Shown here in pieces: positions 25,601-38,642 of a DNA stretch of 64,000 nucleotides. The DNA is from Macrostomum lignano (Eukaryota). The stretch covers positions 62,001 to 126,000 of the forward strand of contig NIVC01000927.1 of the NCBI GenBank assembly GCA_002269645.1, written 5' to 3'. The stretch's first letter is position 1. The number at the start of each line of letters is the position of its first letter. The position numbers and the translations under genes were made by a program. The notes below the pieces were generated by a model that worked only from the letters and a program-made list of their open reading frames with translations, was not told the DNA's origin and ran no database searches.

Positions 25601-28600
25601 GCTGTCAGAAGCTAAGAATGTCAGTAGCTATGTAGAATAGCTGTCAGAAGCTAAGAATGTCAGTAGCTATGTAAGAATAGCTGTCAGAAGCTAAGAATGT
25701 CAGTAGCTATGTCAGAATAGCTGTCAGAAGCTAAGAATGTCAGTAGCTATGTAAGAATAGCTGTCAGAAGCTAAGAATGTCAGTAGCTATGTAAGAATAG
25801 CTGTCAGAAGCTAAGAATGTCAGTAGCTATGTCAAGAATAGCTGTCAGAAGCTAAGAATGTCAGTAGCTATGTAAGAATAGCTGTCAGAAGCTAAGAATG
25901 TCAGTAGCTATGTCAGAATAGCTGTCAGAAGCTAAGAATGTCAGTAGCTATGTAAGAATAGCTGTCAGAAGCTAAGAATGTCAGTAGCTATGTCAGAATA
26001 GCTGTCAGAAGCTAAGAATGTCAGTAGCTATGTAAGAATAGCTGTCAGAAGCTAAGAATGTCAGTAGCTATGTCAGAATAGCTGTCAGAAGCTAAGAATG
26101 TCAGTAGCTATGTCAGAATAGCTGTCAGAAGCTAAGAATGTCAGTAGCTATGTCAGAATAGCTGTCAGAAGCTAAGAATGTCAGTAGCTATGTAAGAATA
26201 GCTGTCAGAAGCTAAGAATGTCAGTAGCTATGTCAGAATAGCTGTCAGAAGCTAAGAATGTCAGTAGCTATGTAAGAATAGCTGTCAGAAGCTAAGAATG
26301 TCAGTAGCTATGTCAGAATAGCTGTCAGAAGCTAAGAATGTCAGTAGCTATGTCAAGAATAGCTGTCAGAAGCTAAGAATGTCAGTAGCTATGTCAGAAT
26401 AGCTGTCAGAAGCTAAGAATGTCAGTAGCTATGTAAGAATAGCTGTCAGAAGCTAAGAATGTCAGTAGCTATGTCAGAATAGCTGTCAGAAGCTAAGAAT
26501 GTCAGTAGCTATGTAAGAATAGCTGTCAGAAGCTAAGAATGTCAGTAGCTATGTAGAATAGCTGTCAGAAGCTAAGAATGTCAGTAGCTATGTCAGAATA
26601 GCTGTCAGAAGCTAAGAATGTCAGTAGCTATGTCAGAATAGCTGTCAGAAGCTAAGAATGTCAGTAGCTATGTCAGAATAGCTGTCAGAAGCTAAGAATG
26701 TCAGTAGCTATGTCAGAATAGCTGTCAGAAGCTAAGAATGTCAGTAGCTATGTCAGAATAGCTGTCAGAAGCTAAGAATGTCAGTAGCTATGTCAGAATA
26801 GCTGTCAGAAGCTAAGAATGTCAGTAGCTATGTCAGAATAGCTATCAGAAGCTAAGAATGTCAGTAGCTATGTCAGAATAGCTGTCAGAAGCTAAGAATG
26901 TCAGTAGCTATGTCAGAATAGCTGTCAGAAGCTAAGAATGTCAGTAGCTATGTCAGAATAGCTGTCAGAAGCTAAGAATGTCAGTAGCTATGTCAGAATA
27001 GCTGTCAGAAGCTAAGAATGTCAGTAGCTATGTCAGAATAGCTGTCAGAAGCTAAGAATGTCAGTAGCTATGTCAGAATAGCTGTCAGAAGCTAAGAATG
27101 TCAGTAGCTATGTCAGAATAGCTGTCAGAAGCTAAGAATGTCAGTAGCTATGTCAGAATAGCTGTCAGAAGCTAAGAATGTCAGTAGCTATGTCAGAATA
27201 GCTGTCAGAAGCTAAGAATGTCAGTAGCTATGTCAGAATAGCTGTCAGAAGCTAAGAATGTCAGTAGCTATGTCAGAATAGCTGTCAGAAGCTAAGAATG
27301 TCAGTAGCTATGTCAGAATAGCTGTCAGAAGCTAAGAATGTCAGTAGCTATGTCAGAATAGCTGTCAGAAGCTAAGAACGTCAGTAGCTATGTCAGAATA
27401 GCTGTCAGAAGCTAAGAATGTCAGTAGCTATGTCAGAATAGCTGTCAGAAGCTAAGAATGTCAGTAGCTATGTCAGAATAGCTGTCAGAAGCTAAGAATG
27501 TCAGTAGCTATGTCAGAATAGCTATCAGAAGCTAAGAATGTCAGTAGCTATGTCAGAATAGCTGTCAGAAGCTAAGAATGTCAGTAGCTATGTCAGAATA
27601 GCTCTCAGAAGCTAAGAATGTCAGTAGCTATGTCAGAATAACTGTCAGAAGCTAAGAATGTCAGTAGCTATGTCAGAATAGCTGTCAGAAGCTAAGAACG
27701 TCAGTAGCTATGTCAGAATAGCTGTCAGAAGCTAAGAATGTCAGTAGCTATGTCAGAATAGCTATCAGAAGCTAAGAATGTCAGTAGCTATGTCAGAATA
27801 GCTGTCAGAAGCTAAGAATGTCAGTAGCTATGTCAGAATAGCTCTCAGAAGCTAAGAATGTCAGTAGCTATGTCAGAATAGCTGTCAGAAGCTAAGAATG
27901 TCAGTAGCTATGTCAGAATAGCTCTCAGAAGCTAAGAATGTCAGTAGCTATGTCAGAATAGCTGTCAGAAGCTAAGAATGTCAGTAGCTATGTCAGAATA
28001 GCTATCAGAAGCTAAGAATGTCAGTAGCTATGTCAGAATAACTGTCAGAAGCTAAGAATGTCAGTAGCTATGTCAGAATAGCTCTCAGAAGCTAAGAATG
28101 TCAGTAGCTATGTAAGAATAGCTGTCAGAAGCTAAGAACGTCAGTAGCTATGTAAGAATAGCTGTCAGAAGCTAAGAATGTCAGTAGCTATGTAGAATAG
28201 CTGTCAGAAGCTAAGAACGTCAGTAGCTATGTAAGAATAGCTGTCAGAAGCTAAGAATGTCAGTAGCTATGTCAGAATAGCTGTCAGAAGCTAAGAACGT
28301 CAGTAGCTATGTAAGAATAGCTGTCAGAAGCTAAGAACGTCAGTAGCTATGTCAGAATAGCTGTCAGAAGCTAAGAACGTCAGTAGCTATGTAAGAATAG
28401 CTATCAGAAGCTAAGAACGTCAGTAGCTATGTCAGAATAGCTGTCAGAAGCTAAGAACGTCAGTAGCTATGTCAGAATAGCTCTCAGAAGCTAAGAATGT
28501 CAGTAGCTATGTCAGAATAGCTGTCAGAAGCTAAGAATGTCAGTAGCTATGTCAGAATAGCTATCAGAAGCTAAGAATGTCAGTAGCTATGTCAGAATAG

Positions 28601-31600
28601 CTGTCAGAAGCTAAGAATGTCAGTAGCTATGTCAGAATAGCTGTCAGAAGCTAAGAATGTCAGTAGCTATGTAAGAATAGCTGTCAGAAGCTAAGAACGT
28701 CAGTAGCTATGTAAGAATAGCTGTCAGAAGCTAAGAACGTCAGTAGCTATGTAAGAATAGCTGTCAGAAGCTAAGAACGTCAGTAGCTATGTAAGAATAG
28801 CTGTCAGAAGCTAAGAATGTCAGTAGCTATGTCAGAATAGCTGTCAGAAGCTAAGAACGTCAGTAGCTATGTAAGAATAGCTGTCAGAAGCTAAGAATGT
28901 CAGTAGCTATGTAAGAATAGCTGTCAGAAGCTAAGAACGTCAGTAGCTATGTAAGAATAGCTGTCAGAAGCTAAGAATGTCAGTAGCTATGTCAGAATAG
29001 CTGTCAGAAGCTAAGAATGTCAGTAGCTATGTCAGAATAGCTGTCAGAAGCTAAGAACGTCAGTAGCTATGTAAGAATAGCTGTCAGAAGCTAAGAATGT
29101 CAGTAGCTATGTCAGAATAGCTGTCAGAAGCTAAGAATGTCAGTAGCTATGTCAGAATAGCTGTCAGAAGCTAAGAATGTCAGTAGCTATGTAAGAATAG
29201 CTGTCAGAAGCTAAGAATGTCAGTAGCTATGTCAGAATAGCTGTCAGAAGCTAAGAATGTCAGTAGCTATGTAAGAATAGCTGTCAGAAGCTAAGAATGT
29301 CAGTAGCTATGTAAGAATAGCTGTCAGAAGCTAAGAATGTCAGTAGCTATGTAAGAATAGCTGTCAGAAGCTAAGAATGTCAGTAGCTATGTAAGAATAG
29401 CTGTCAGAAGCTAAGAATGTCAGTAGCTATGTAAGAATAGCTGTCAGAAGCTAAGAATGTCAGTAGCTATGTCAGAATAGCTGTCAGAAGCTAAGAATGT
29501 CAGTAGCTATGTAAGAATAGCTGTCAGAAGCTAAGAATGTCAGTAGCTATGTAAGAATAGCTGTCAGAAGCTAAGAATGTCAGTAGCTATGTCAGAATAG
29601 CTGTCAGAAGCTAAGAATGTCAGTAGCTATGTAAGAATAGCTGTCAGAAGCTAAGAATGTCAGTAGCTATGTAAGAATAGCTGTCAGAAGCTAAGAATGT
29701 CAGTAGCTATGTAAGAATAGCTGTCAGAAGCTAAGAATGTCAGTAGCTATGTAAGAATAGCTGTCAGAAGCTAAGAATGTCAGTAGCTATGTCAGAATAG
29801 CTGTCAGAAGCTAAGAATGTCAGTAGCTATGTAAGAATAGCTGTCAGAAGCTAAGAATGTCAGTAGCTATGTCAGAATAGCTGTCAGAAGCTAAGAATGT
29901 CAGTAGCTATGTAGAATAGCTGTCAGAAGCTAAGAATGTCAGTAGCTATGTCAGAATAGCTGTCAGAAGCTAAGAATGTCAGTAGCTATGTCAGAATAGC
30001 TGTCAGAAGCTAAGAATGTCAGTAGCTATGTCAGAATAGCTGTCAGAAGCTAAGAATGTCAGTAGCTATGTCAGAATAGCTGTCAGAAGCTAAGAATGTC
30101 AGTAGCTATGTCAGAATAGCTGTCAGAAGCTAAGAATGTCAGTAGCTATGTAAGAATAGCTGTCAGAAGCTAAGAATGTCAGTAGCTATGTCAGAATAGC
30201 TGTCAGAAGCTAAGAATGTCAGTAGCTATGTAAGAATAGCTGTCAGAAGCTAAGAATGTCAGTAGCTATGTCAGAATAGCTGTCAGAAGCTAAGAATGTC
30301 AGTAGCTATGTAGAATAGCTGTCAGAAGCTAAGAATGTCAGTAGCTATGTCAGAATAGCTGTCAGAAGCTAAGAATGTCAGTAGCTATGTCAGAATAGCT
30401 GTCAGAAGCTAAGAATGTCAGTAGCTATGTCAGAATAGCTGTCAGAAGCTAAGAATGTCAGTAGCTATGTCAGAATAGCTGTCAGAAGCTAAGAATGTCA
30501 GTAGCTATGTCAGAATAGCTGTCAGAAGCTAAGAATGTCAGTAGCTATGTCAGAATAGCTATCAGAAGCTAAGAATGTCAGTAGCTATGTCAGAATAGCT
30601 GTCAGAAGCTAAGAATGTCAGTAGCTATGTCAGAATAGCTGTCAGAAGCTAAGAATGTCAGTAGCTATGTCAGAATAGCTGTCAGAAGCTAAGAATGTCA
30701 GTAGCTATGTCAGAATAGCTATCAGAAGCTAAGAACGTCAGTAGCTATGTCAGAATAGCTGTCAGAAGCTAAGAATGTCAGTAGCTATGTCAGAATAGCT
30801 GTCAGAAGCTAAGAATGTCAGTAGCTATGTCAGAATAGCTGTCAGAAGCTAAGAATGTCAGTAGCTATGTCAGAATAGCTGTCAGAAGCTAAGAATGTCA
30901 GTAGCTATGTCAGAATAGCTGTCAGAAGCTAAGAATGTCAGTAGCTATGTCAGAATAGCTGTCAGAAGCTAAGAATGTCAGTAGCTATGTCAGAATAGCT
31001 GTCAGAAGCTAAGAATGTCAGTAGCTATGTCAGAATAGCTGTCAGAAGCTAAGAATGTCAGTAGCTATGTAGAATAGCTGTCAGAAGCTAAGAATGTCAG
31101 TAGCTATGTCAGAATAGCTGTCAGAAGCTAAGAATGTCAGTAGCTATGTCAGAATAGCTGTCAGAAGCTAAGAATGTCAGTAGCTATGTCAGAATAGCTG
31201 TCAGAAGCTAAGAATGTCAGTAGCTATGTCAGAATAGCTATCAGAAGCTAAGAATGTCAGTAGCTATGTCAGAATAGCTGTCAGAAGCTAAGAATGTCAG
31301 TAGCTATGTCAGAATAGCTGTCAGAAGCTAAGAATGTCAGTAGCTATGTCAGAATAGCTGTCAGAAGCTAAGAATGTCAGTAGCTATGTCAGAATAGCTG
31401 TCAGAAGCTAAGAATGTCAGTAGCTATGTCAGAATAGCTGTCAGAAGCTAAGAATGTCAGTAGCTATGTCAGAATAGCTGTCAGAAGCTAAGAATGTCAG
31501 TAGCTATGTCAGAATAGCTGTCAGAAGCTAAGAATGTCAGTAGCTATGTCAGAATAGCTGTCAGAAGCTAAAATGTCAGTAGCTATGTCAGAATAGCTGT

Positions 31601-32857
31601 CAGAAGCTAAGAATGTCAGTAGCTATGTAAGAATAGCTGTCAGAAGCTAAGAATGTCAGTAGCTATGTCAGAATAGCTGTCAGAAGCTAAGAATGTCAGT
31701 AGCTATGTCAGAATAGCTGTCAGAAGCTAAGAATGTCAGTAGCTATGTAGAATAGCTGTCAGAAGCTAAGAATGTCAGTAGCTATGTCAGAATAGCTGTC
31801 AGAAGCTAAGAATGTCAGTAGCTATGTAAGAATAGCTGTCAGAAGCTAAGAATGTCAGTAGCTATGTCAGAATAGCTGTCAGAAGCTAAGAATGTCAGTA
31901 GCTATGTCAGAATAGCTGTCAGAAGCTAAGAATGTCAGTAGCTATGTAAGAATAGCTGTCAGAAGCTAAGAATGTCAGTAGCTATGTAAGAATAGCTGTC
32001 AGAAGCTAAGAATGTCAGTAGCTATGTAAGAATAGCTGTCAGAAGCTAAGAATGTCAGTAGCTATGTAAGAATAGCTGTCAGAAGCTAAGAACGTCAGTA
32101 GCTATGTCAGAATAGCTGTCAGAAGCTAAGAATGTCAGTAGCTATGTCAGAATAGCTGTCAGAAGCTAAGAATGTCAGTAGCTATGTCAGAATAGCTGTC
32201 AGAAGCTAAGAATGTCAGTAGCTATGTCAGAATAGCTGTCAGAAGCTAAGAACGTCAGTAGCTATGTAAGAATAGCTGTCAGAAGCTAAGAACGTCAGTA
32301 GCTATGTCAGAATAGCTGTCAGAAGCTAAGAATGTCAGTAGCTATGTCAGAATAGCTGTCAGAAGCTAAGAATGTCAGTAGCTATGTCAGAATAGCTGTC
32401 AGAAGCTAAGAATGTCAGTAGCTATGTCAGAATAGCTGTCAGAAGCTAAGAATGTCAGTAGCTATGTAAGAATAGCTGTCAGAAGCTAAGAATGTCAGTA
32501 GCTATGTAAGAATAGCTGTCAGAAGCTAAGAATGTCAGTAGCTATGTAAGAATAGCTGTCAGAAGCTAAGAACGTCAGTAGCTATGTAAGAATGGCTGTC
32601 AGAAGCTAAGAACGTCAGTAGCTATGTCAGAATAGCTGTCAGAAGCTAAGAATGTCAGTAGCTATGTCAGAATAGCTGTCAGAAGCTAAGAATGTCAGTA
32701 GCTATGTCAGAATAGCTGTCAGAAGCTAAGAATGTCAGTAGCTATGTCAGAATAGCTGTCAGAAGCTAAGAACGTCAGTAGCTATGTAAGAATAGCTGTC
32801 AGAAGCTAAGAACGTCAGTAGCTATGTCAGAATAGATGTCAGAAGCTAAGAATGTCA
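22620..32857 (-). repeat. 40-bp satellite, reverse orientation, ~255 units
   Basis: Reverse complement of the left array; identical outer junction (GGTCC|TGAC). Confidence 0.99.
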
Positions 32858-33238
32858 GGACCGTCAAAAAACAGTCAAAAAATAACTTTCAATAACTGAC
32901 GAGAGTTTTGTATTAGCAGAATGTGCAGTAGATAGGCACAACAAAATAATTTATCAAGTCACATTTAATTTATCAGTTAGCAAGGTCTACAACAGTATTT
33001 TAACATACTTATTTAAAAGCTGATAATGTACATGATGGCTAAAAACAGAGTCAGGTTACTGCAAATACTTTGCATGGTTTCTACACCTTAACAGCTGAAA
33101 AAATTCCAAGAAAAAAGGAGCTTGGGTTAAACTAGGCATTTAAAACATACGCTCGTACTGCTACTTGTAAAGTAGCAAGTAGTAAAAGCAACGCAAAAAT
33201 GCAATTACACCAATAAATTAATGAGTTTATTTTGTAGT

Positions 33239-33511
33239 TCACTTCCTGCCGGCAGTGGCAGCCTGTTCAATCAGAGGCTCCCTCTTGTAGGCAGCTGGCT
33301 GCTTGGCTCGCTGCTGTTGCTGGGCGGTCACGGCCGCCGCCTGGTCCGCCGCGAACCGAATTCGATCAGACGGGGAGCGGGGAAATTTGGCGACGGTCCA
33401 CGCCGTCGAGTCTGTCGCGTCCGAGGACGAATAGCCGATAGATTGGACGAAGCCGCGGCAATATTTCGCTGAGTTATTGTTGAGGAGCGGTTGATGCGTT
33501 CGATTCAATTT
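33239..33511 (-). CDS. Putative coding terminal exon (KLNRTHQPLL...AGRK*), possibly part of the GATAD1-like gene
   Basis: Open frame after an AG acceptor-like site at 33512-33513; synonymous-rich differences to the left copy. Splice partner not established. Confidence 0.4.
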   Translation of the reverse strand, partial: KLNRTHQPLLNNNSAKYCRGFVQSIGYSSSDATDSTAWTVAKFPRSPSDRIRFAADQAAAVTAQQQQRAKQPAAYKREPLIEQAATAGRK

Positions 33512-33595
33512 CTAAGAAATGGCAGTTATTTACTAACATTCTCTTTCAATCTTTCACAATGTTTTATTTACAAACTTTTGTGTGCAATAAATTAA

Positions 33596-34632
33596 CAGTA
33601 GGAATACCAAGCCATTTTTCCGCCCGTCGAACTACCAAGGGGGGGGGGATTTCCCCCCCCCTGACAATTTTTTTTGCTGCGCCGGAACGGAGCAACGCAG
33701 GCACACGAAATTCAAGAACACGGGCTAACTTTTTGTTGCGCACCTTCTCAAACAAGAATCAAGTCGCCAGCCCTTCGGACCGTCGAGATATTCGACGATT
33801 CTGCCAGAAGGTCGGATTTTTCCCATAAGCGCTAGTGTATTCAGTACACCCCTGTGCGCCAATTAGCACTGCGCCTCAGTGCAGCCTTGCCAAGTCTCCA
33901 AATTTCATCAGCACGTCGACCACATGTGTCTGCATCAGTTCTGACTTCGTTGGTCACTAGCCTTCACCCAGGTGGAGCTTCTGGACCCTCAACAGCTGTG
34001 GCACCAGGTGACTATGGACACCCTGATGCGGATTTCTCTAGTTTCGCCGATCAAGCCTCGACAGTGGGCAAGAATCAACCGTCAGACGTTCTCAGTTAGT
34101 CTCTCAAGCATTCTGTCATCATCCCGACGCCGTCGGCTCCTTCAACAGATTACACCAGGTGACTATGGACATCCTGTTGCAAATATGTCAGATTTTTCTT
34201 ATCAAGCTTCAATAATGGGCAAACCTCAACCGACGGACATTGTCAGCTAGTCTCTCGAGCATTCCGTCATCACCCCGATGCCGTCGGCACCTTCAACAAA
34301 TGACACCAGATGACTATGGACACCCTGATGCTGATTTCTCTAGTTTCGCCGATCAAGCCTCGGCAGTGGGCAAAAATCAACTGCTGGACATCCTCAGCTA
34401 ATCTCTCGAGCATTCCGTCATCACCCCGACGCCGTCGGCACCTTCAACAGCTGTGGCACCAGGTGACTATGAACAGCCTGATAAGAATTTCTTTAGTTTC
34501 GCTGATCAAGCCTCGACAGTGGGCAAAAATCAACTGCTGGACATCCTCAGCTAGTCAGTCAAGCATTCAGCCATCACCCCGACGCCGTCGGCACCTTCAA
34601 CAGGTGGCACCCCCCTCTTGGTAGTTCTACTG
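33596..34632. mobile_element. TTAA-flanked non-autonomous DNA transposon (piggyBac-like), 1037 bp, right arm only
   Basis: TTAA at 33592-33595 and 34633-34636; TIR CAGTAGGAATACCAAG vs CAGTAGAACTACCAAG (14/16); subterminal TIR-like copy GAACTACCAAGGGG near 33629; no transposase ORF. Confidence 0.75.
34002..34610 (+). repeat. ~151-bp tandem repeat x4 inside the TTAA-flanked element
   Basis: CACCAG(G/A)TGACTATG at 34002, 34153, 34304 and 34457. Confidence 0.9.
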
Positions 34633-34654
34633 TTAAATTGCTAGAATTTATTCT

Positions 34655-34935
34655 TGTTGCTAATCTAGCCAATATGCACATGGATTGCTATTTGCTAATC
34701 TAGCCAGTATGCATATGGATTGCTAATCTAGCCAATATGCATATGGATTGCTAATCTAGCCAGTATGCATATGGATTGCTAATCTAGCCAATATGCATAT
34801 GGATTACTAATCTAGCCAGTATGCATATGGATTGCTAATCTAGCCAATATGCATATGGATTGCTAATCTAGCCAGAACGCATATGGATTAATAATCTATC
34901 CAGTATGCATATGGATTGGTAATCTAGCCAATATA
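34655..34935 (-). repeat. 28-bp minisatellite, right-arm copy (more degenerate)
   Basis: Reverse complement of the 11846-12150 unit. Confidence 0.93.
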
Positions 34936-34992
34936 CATATGGACTGGTCTTGGACTTTAAAAGTACAATAGGTACTTTCGCTAAAAATGAAG

Positions 34993-35655
34993 TCAATCCT
35001 CACCTGACGGTCCGCCAATGATTTCCTGAGCTCGAATCCGACATGCTAACCGGCCAGCAATGGCCGATCGGCTGCAGACGAACCGGACAGAGTCCAACGG
35101 CCTCGGCGCGTCCTCGTCGGGGCCGGGCAGGTAGGCGGCCGGATCGAAGCTGCCATCGGGCGGGGCAGCGGTAGTTGGCAGCAGCCAGGTGAGCACGCAA
35201 TAGCCAGTTAGGTACTGATCCTGCAGCAGGCCGCGCAGCAGAGCATAGTAAGCCACCCCCTGGGACTGCTTGTCCTTCAGCTGGACAACATCGCCAATGG
35301 CATAGCGGACGCCGGATTGGACTAAACTGTCCGAGCTGACCGGCGCTACGCAGGCCGGCCCGGATTTCATCGCCCGGATGGCCGATTCTGCGGCCGCGGC
35401 GGCTGCAGCAGCTGCAACGGTGGCCTCTGCCGAATCCGACGCCGCCTGGTGCCTGCCGCCGGCGCCCCGGCCAGCCGCCGACTTTGGACTCTGCTGGATG
35501 GCGGCTGGAGCCAGCTCGGCTAGAGCCATGCGGTACTTATACGGCTCCTTGCGCACCCGGGAAGTTCGACGCAGTGGCGACAGGCTGGTTGAAGTCGGAC
35601 TCGCGACGGCAGCGGCATTTTTTTTATCATTGCCAGCTTCCAACTCGCCAACCAT
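34993..35655 (-). CDS. GATAD1: GATAD1-like protein, main exon (right copy)
   Basis: Mirror of 11145-11855 with D>N and I>S changes; the ORF ends GGPSGED* at a possible GTGAG donor. Confidence 0.7.
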   Translation of the reverse strand: MVGELEAGNDKKNAAAVASPTSTSLSPLRRTSRVRKEPYKYRMALAELAPAAIQQSPKSAAGRGAGGRHQAASDSAEATVAAAAAAAAAESAIRAMKSGPACVAPVSSDSLVQSGVRYAIGDVVQLKDKQSQGVAYYALLRGLLQDQYLTGYCVLTWLLPTTAAPPDGSFDPAAYLPGPDEDAPRPLDSVRFVCSRSAIAGRLACRIRAQEIIGGPSGED

Positions 35656-38173
35656 AGCTTTGCACTCAAGGTAAGCTGGAGTAGAATGAGCAGTTTAATA
35701 ATTAGGTACCTGCTAGGTTTGTCTGTGTCATCATGGGTGTGTGACATGACAGAGGGGCCCTAGTCTAGTGGTCTAGCGCGGCGCTCTGATGTGCCAGCGG
35801 CCCAGGCTCGATTCCAAGTGCAGTCACATTAATTTGGGGCTGAACTGGAATCTCGGCTTGGCTCTGCTCGTGCAATTAATGGCCTTGATGGCCAACCCTC
35901 AAGGTACAGTAAAGTGTTCATGCCTAACAGTAAACACTGTGCATGTTTATTTGTGCATATGACTGCATATGTATCTGCACACTTGTGTGACTGCTCAGGG
36001 AAGTTGGCAGAATTGTGTGACAATTTTGCTTAACATGCACCAGACTGCATGCAGACTCTGCCTCTAATTAAAAAATCAAAGAAGACATATCAACTTAAAT
36101 TTTGGCATCCTAAGTTTGGACCCCAGATGCCAAAATTTTAATTAAATTAGATATAAATTTGAGTTTAATCAAAGGGAAATATCATCCCTAACCTTAGCTT
36201 TTACACTTTGTATCTGGCTTAACTCATCTTTTGATCTTATTGTGCACATGCTCTATAAAGCTTCAATTGTCTGCAATACTTGGGTCAACTGATTAAAAAA
36301 ACATACTGACTAACCTCTATCCAACCTACTTAACCTCTATTGGCAATTGCTATAAAGATTTCAATGAAGCCACTCTAGTCTTGCCTTTTTATGGCCATCC
36401 CATATAGGCTCTCAAGAACAAAAAGTATAAGTTATTTTGCTTAACACAAAAGCAAAATGGTCTTTTTTGTACTACCAAGTTGTCTAAAGTCTTAAATGTC
36501 CCCCTGGCTCTATATCTATATGTTAATGTTGTTGATTAATTCAATTGCACAGATGACCAATGTCTCTAAAGTAAGAAAAACAAAAAAGATAACCTATATA
36601 TAAGAACATTGGCTTAAACATAATGCCATTCAAAGATACATTTATGACTTAATACTTATACTCATTGTTAAAAACCTATTGATTGCTTAAAAATCCTTAA
36701 TAAATGTCAATATGACTTTAAAATCATTAATCCTTAATAGTATTACACATTAAAGCTTAATCACATAGTCCTAATACATAGCTTACATATAATGACATGG
36801 CATTAGTCATGATCTTTGCATATTCTAAGAAGGTAAATTTACTATAGTTTTATATTTGCTTATCTTATTAATATGATACCTAAATATTTTATTGAAATTT
36901 GGTTAAATTTTAAATTAGTTTCCTTTTTAGAAGTTGCTAAATAATAAATATGTATCTAGTATATTTCAACTTTCTCTATTGACTAGGCAAATATGACATA
37001 TTTTTGTGAGACAACATTTAGTATATGGTATTTGGTACAATATAACCCTAAAACATGTGTAAATATTTTTCTTTTTCTAATAATCTAGTTTTAACTTCAT
37101 TTCCCCTTTTTATTGTCTCTTTTTTCCTTTTTCTTTACTATTTTGTTGCCTTTTCTATTTATTGGTTCTGGAAAGAACTAGGCCTAATTTTGCAACTTAC
37201 TTTGGCTAGCTAGCAACTTTTTAAAGATCTGGATCAACCAGATCTACTAGGTCTAGGTGTTGTATATGTATTTTCACAAAATATATTCAAATTTTTAATA
37301 TATTCAAATATTTAATATAGTCAAATTTAATATATTCATATTATATTCTAAATATTCATAATTTAATATATTCAAATATTCTTTATATTCAAATATATTC
37401 AAATATTTTCAATACTTTTAAAATTGGTATCTATTATTAAAATTAAAAGGCTTATTTTGGTTATATATTTTTGGTAAAAAGCTTTAGCAAATATTTATTA
37501 ATGATTTTATTATAACTTTTGAATACATAATTTTAGAGCAAAGTATAAAATTGACTTTAGGCTTACCAAAGACTTTGGAAGACTTTAAATTCTTTTTATA
37601 ATTATATATAGATATATACACAAATAAAAAAGCTTTGCCTTTGTATATTACATATTTCATTTCTTTAATTAAAATCACTCAAACTCACTTTCCAAACTTA
37701 AACCTACTATCACCCATCCCTTCCTCTACTATCTACCTTACAATATTGCACTACAGGCCCTTTAGTTGTTTTTGATATATACTCAGTGACAGCTAAAACT
37801 CCCCCCCACTCACGCTGTCACACGGGCACAAAAGTTAAGCAATGTCTTTAATTCCCACCAGTGGGTTGAGTTGCGCCACCCCTCACCAAATCCCCCATGC
37901 CGCACTTTGCGCTTGCGTGCTACAGGATAGATAGATATTTTGGTAAATGAATATTTCAGTTAGGCATAAAGGTAGCTTTTTGGTGAAGGCCAAGGGTTTC
38001 AAAATTTTACTCAATATATATCATTCCTAGTCAACACCCTATAGTTATCTAACTTATCTTAATAAAATCTAGCATATTAATAATGGTAAAATGTTTAATC
38101 TTACTAAGATTCCTACTAAGATTCATAGGCCTAGTAAGATAAAGCTGACTTGGTACTTCTTACTTTGCCTTTG

Positions 38174-38642
38174 CCATAGTCAGGAAGGTGGCCTTTGCCA
38201 TGGAAAATTCCAGCGCATACAAGGGGTCCTTGGCGCACTTGGTGCACAATCATGGCGCATACTGAGGTCCCTGGCGCATGCGGCGCACAATCACGGCGCA
38301 CACTGAGGTCCCTAGCGGCTAGCGCATGTGGTGTATAATTGCGGCGCATAAGATAAGGTCCCTGACATATGCGATGCTATGCACAACTTTGGTGCATAAG
38401 GAATCAAAATCAAATCTTTATTAACAAAACTGGTATAGCATATTGAGTCTGTATGAATTCTAAGAATTTTGTAAATTTGTTATAAAATATGTAATTTATG
38501 TAAAAAACGTAAATTACATAAAATATATAAAATAAGGGCACAGACATGGCGCACAGATGGTATACAAATGGTGCATAGATGGCACGCAGATTGTCCCAAA
38601 AAAATTATTCCGGCACATGCTGTGCCACTTTCCTGACTATGG
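38174..38642. mobile_element. 469-bp MITE, right-arm copy
   Basis: Mirror of 8156-8624; TSD TGCCTTTG at 38166-38173 and 38643-38650. Confidence 0.88.

Noticed and set aside
12827-32857. CRISPR-like regular array
   Set aside because: Contiguous tandem units with no unique spacers, no cas genes, and a eukaryotic context.
33854-34624. Repeat-protein gene (PGDYGHP repeats)
   Set aside because: The 151-bp unit shifts frame and contains stops, no splice pattern rescues it, and it lies within a TIR element.
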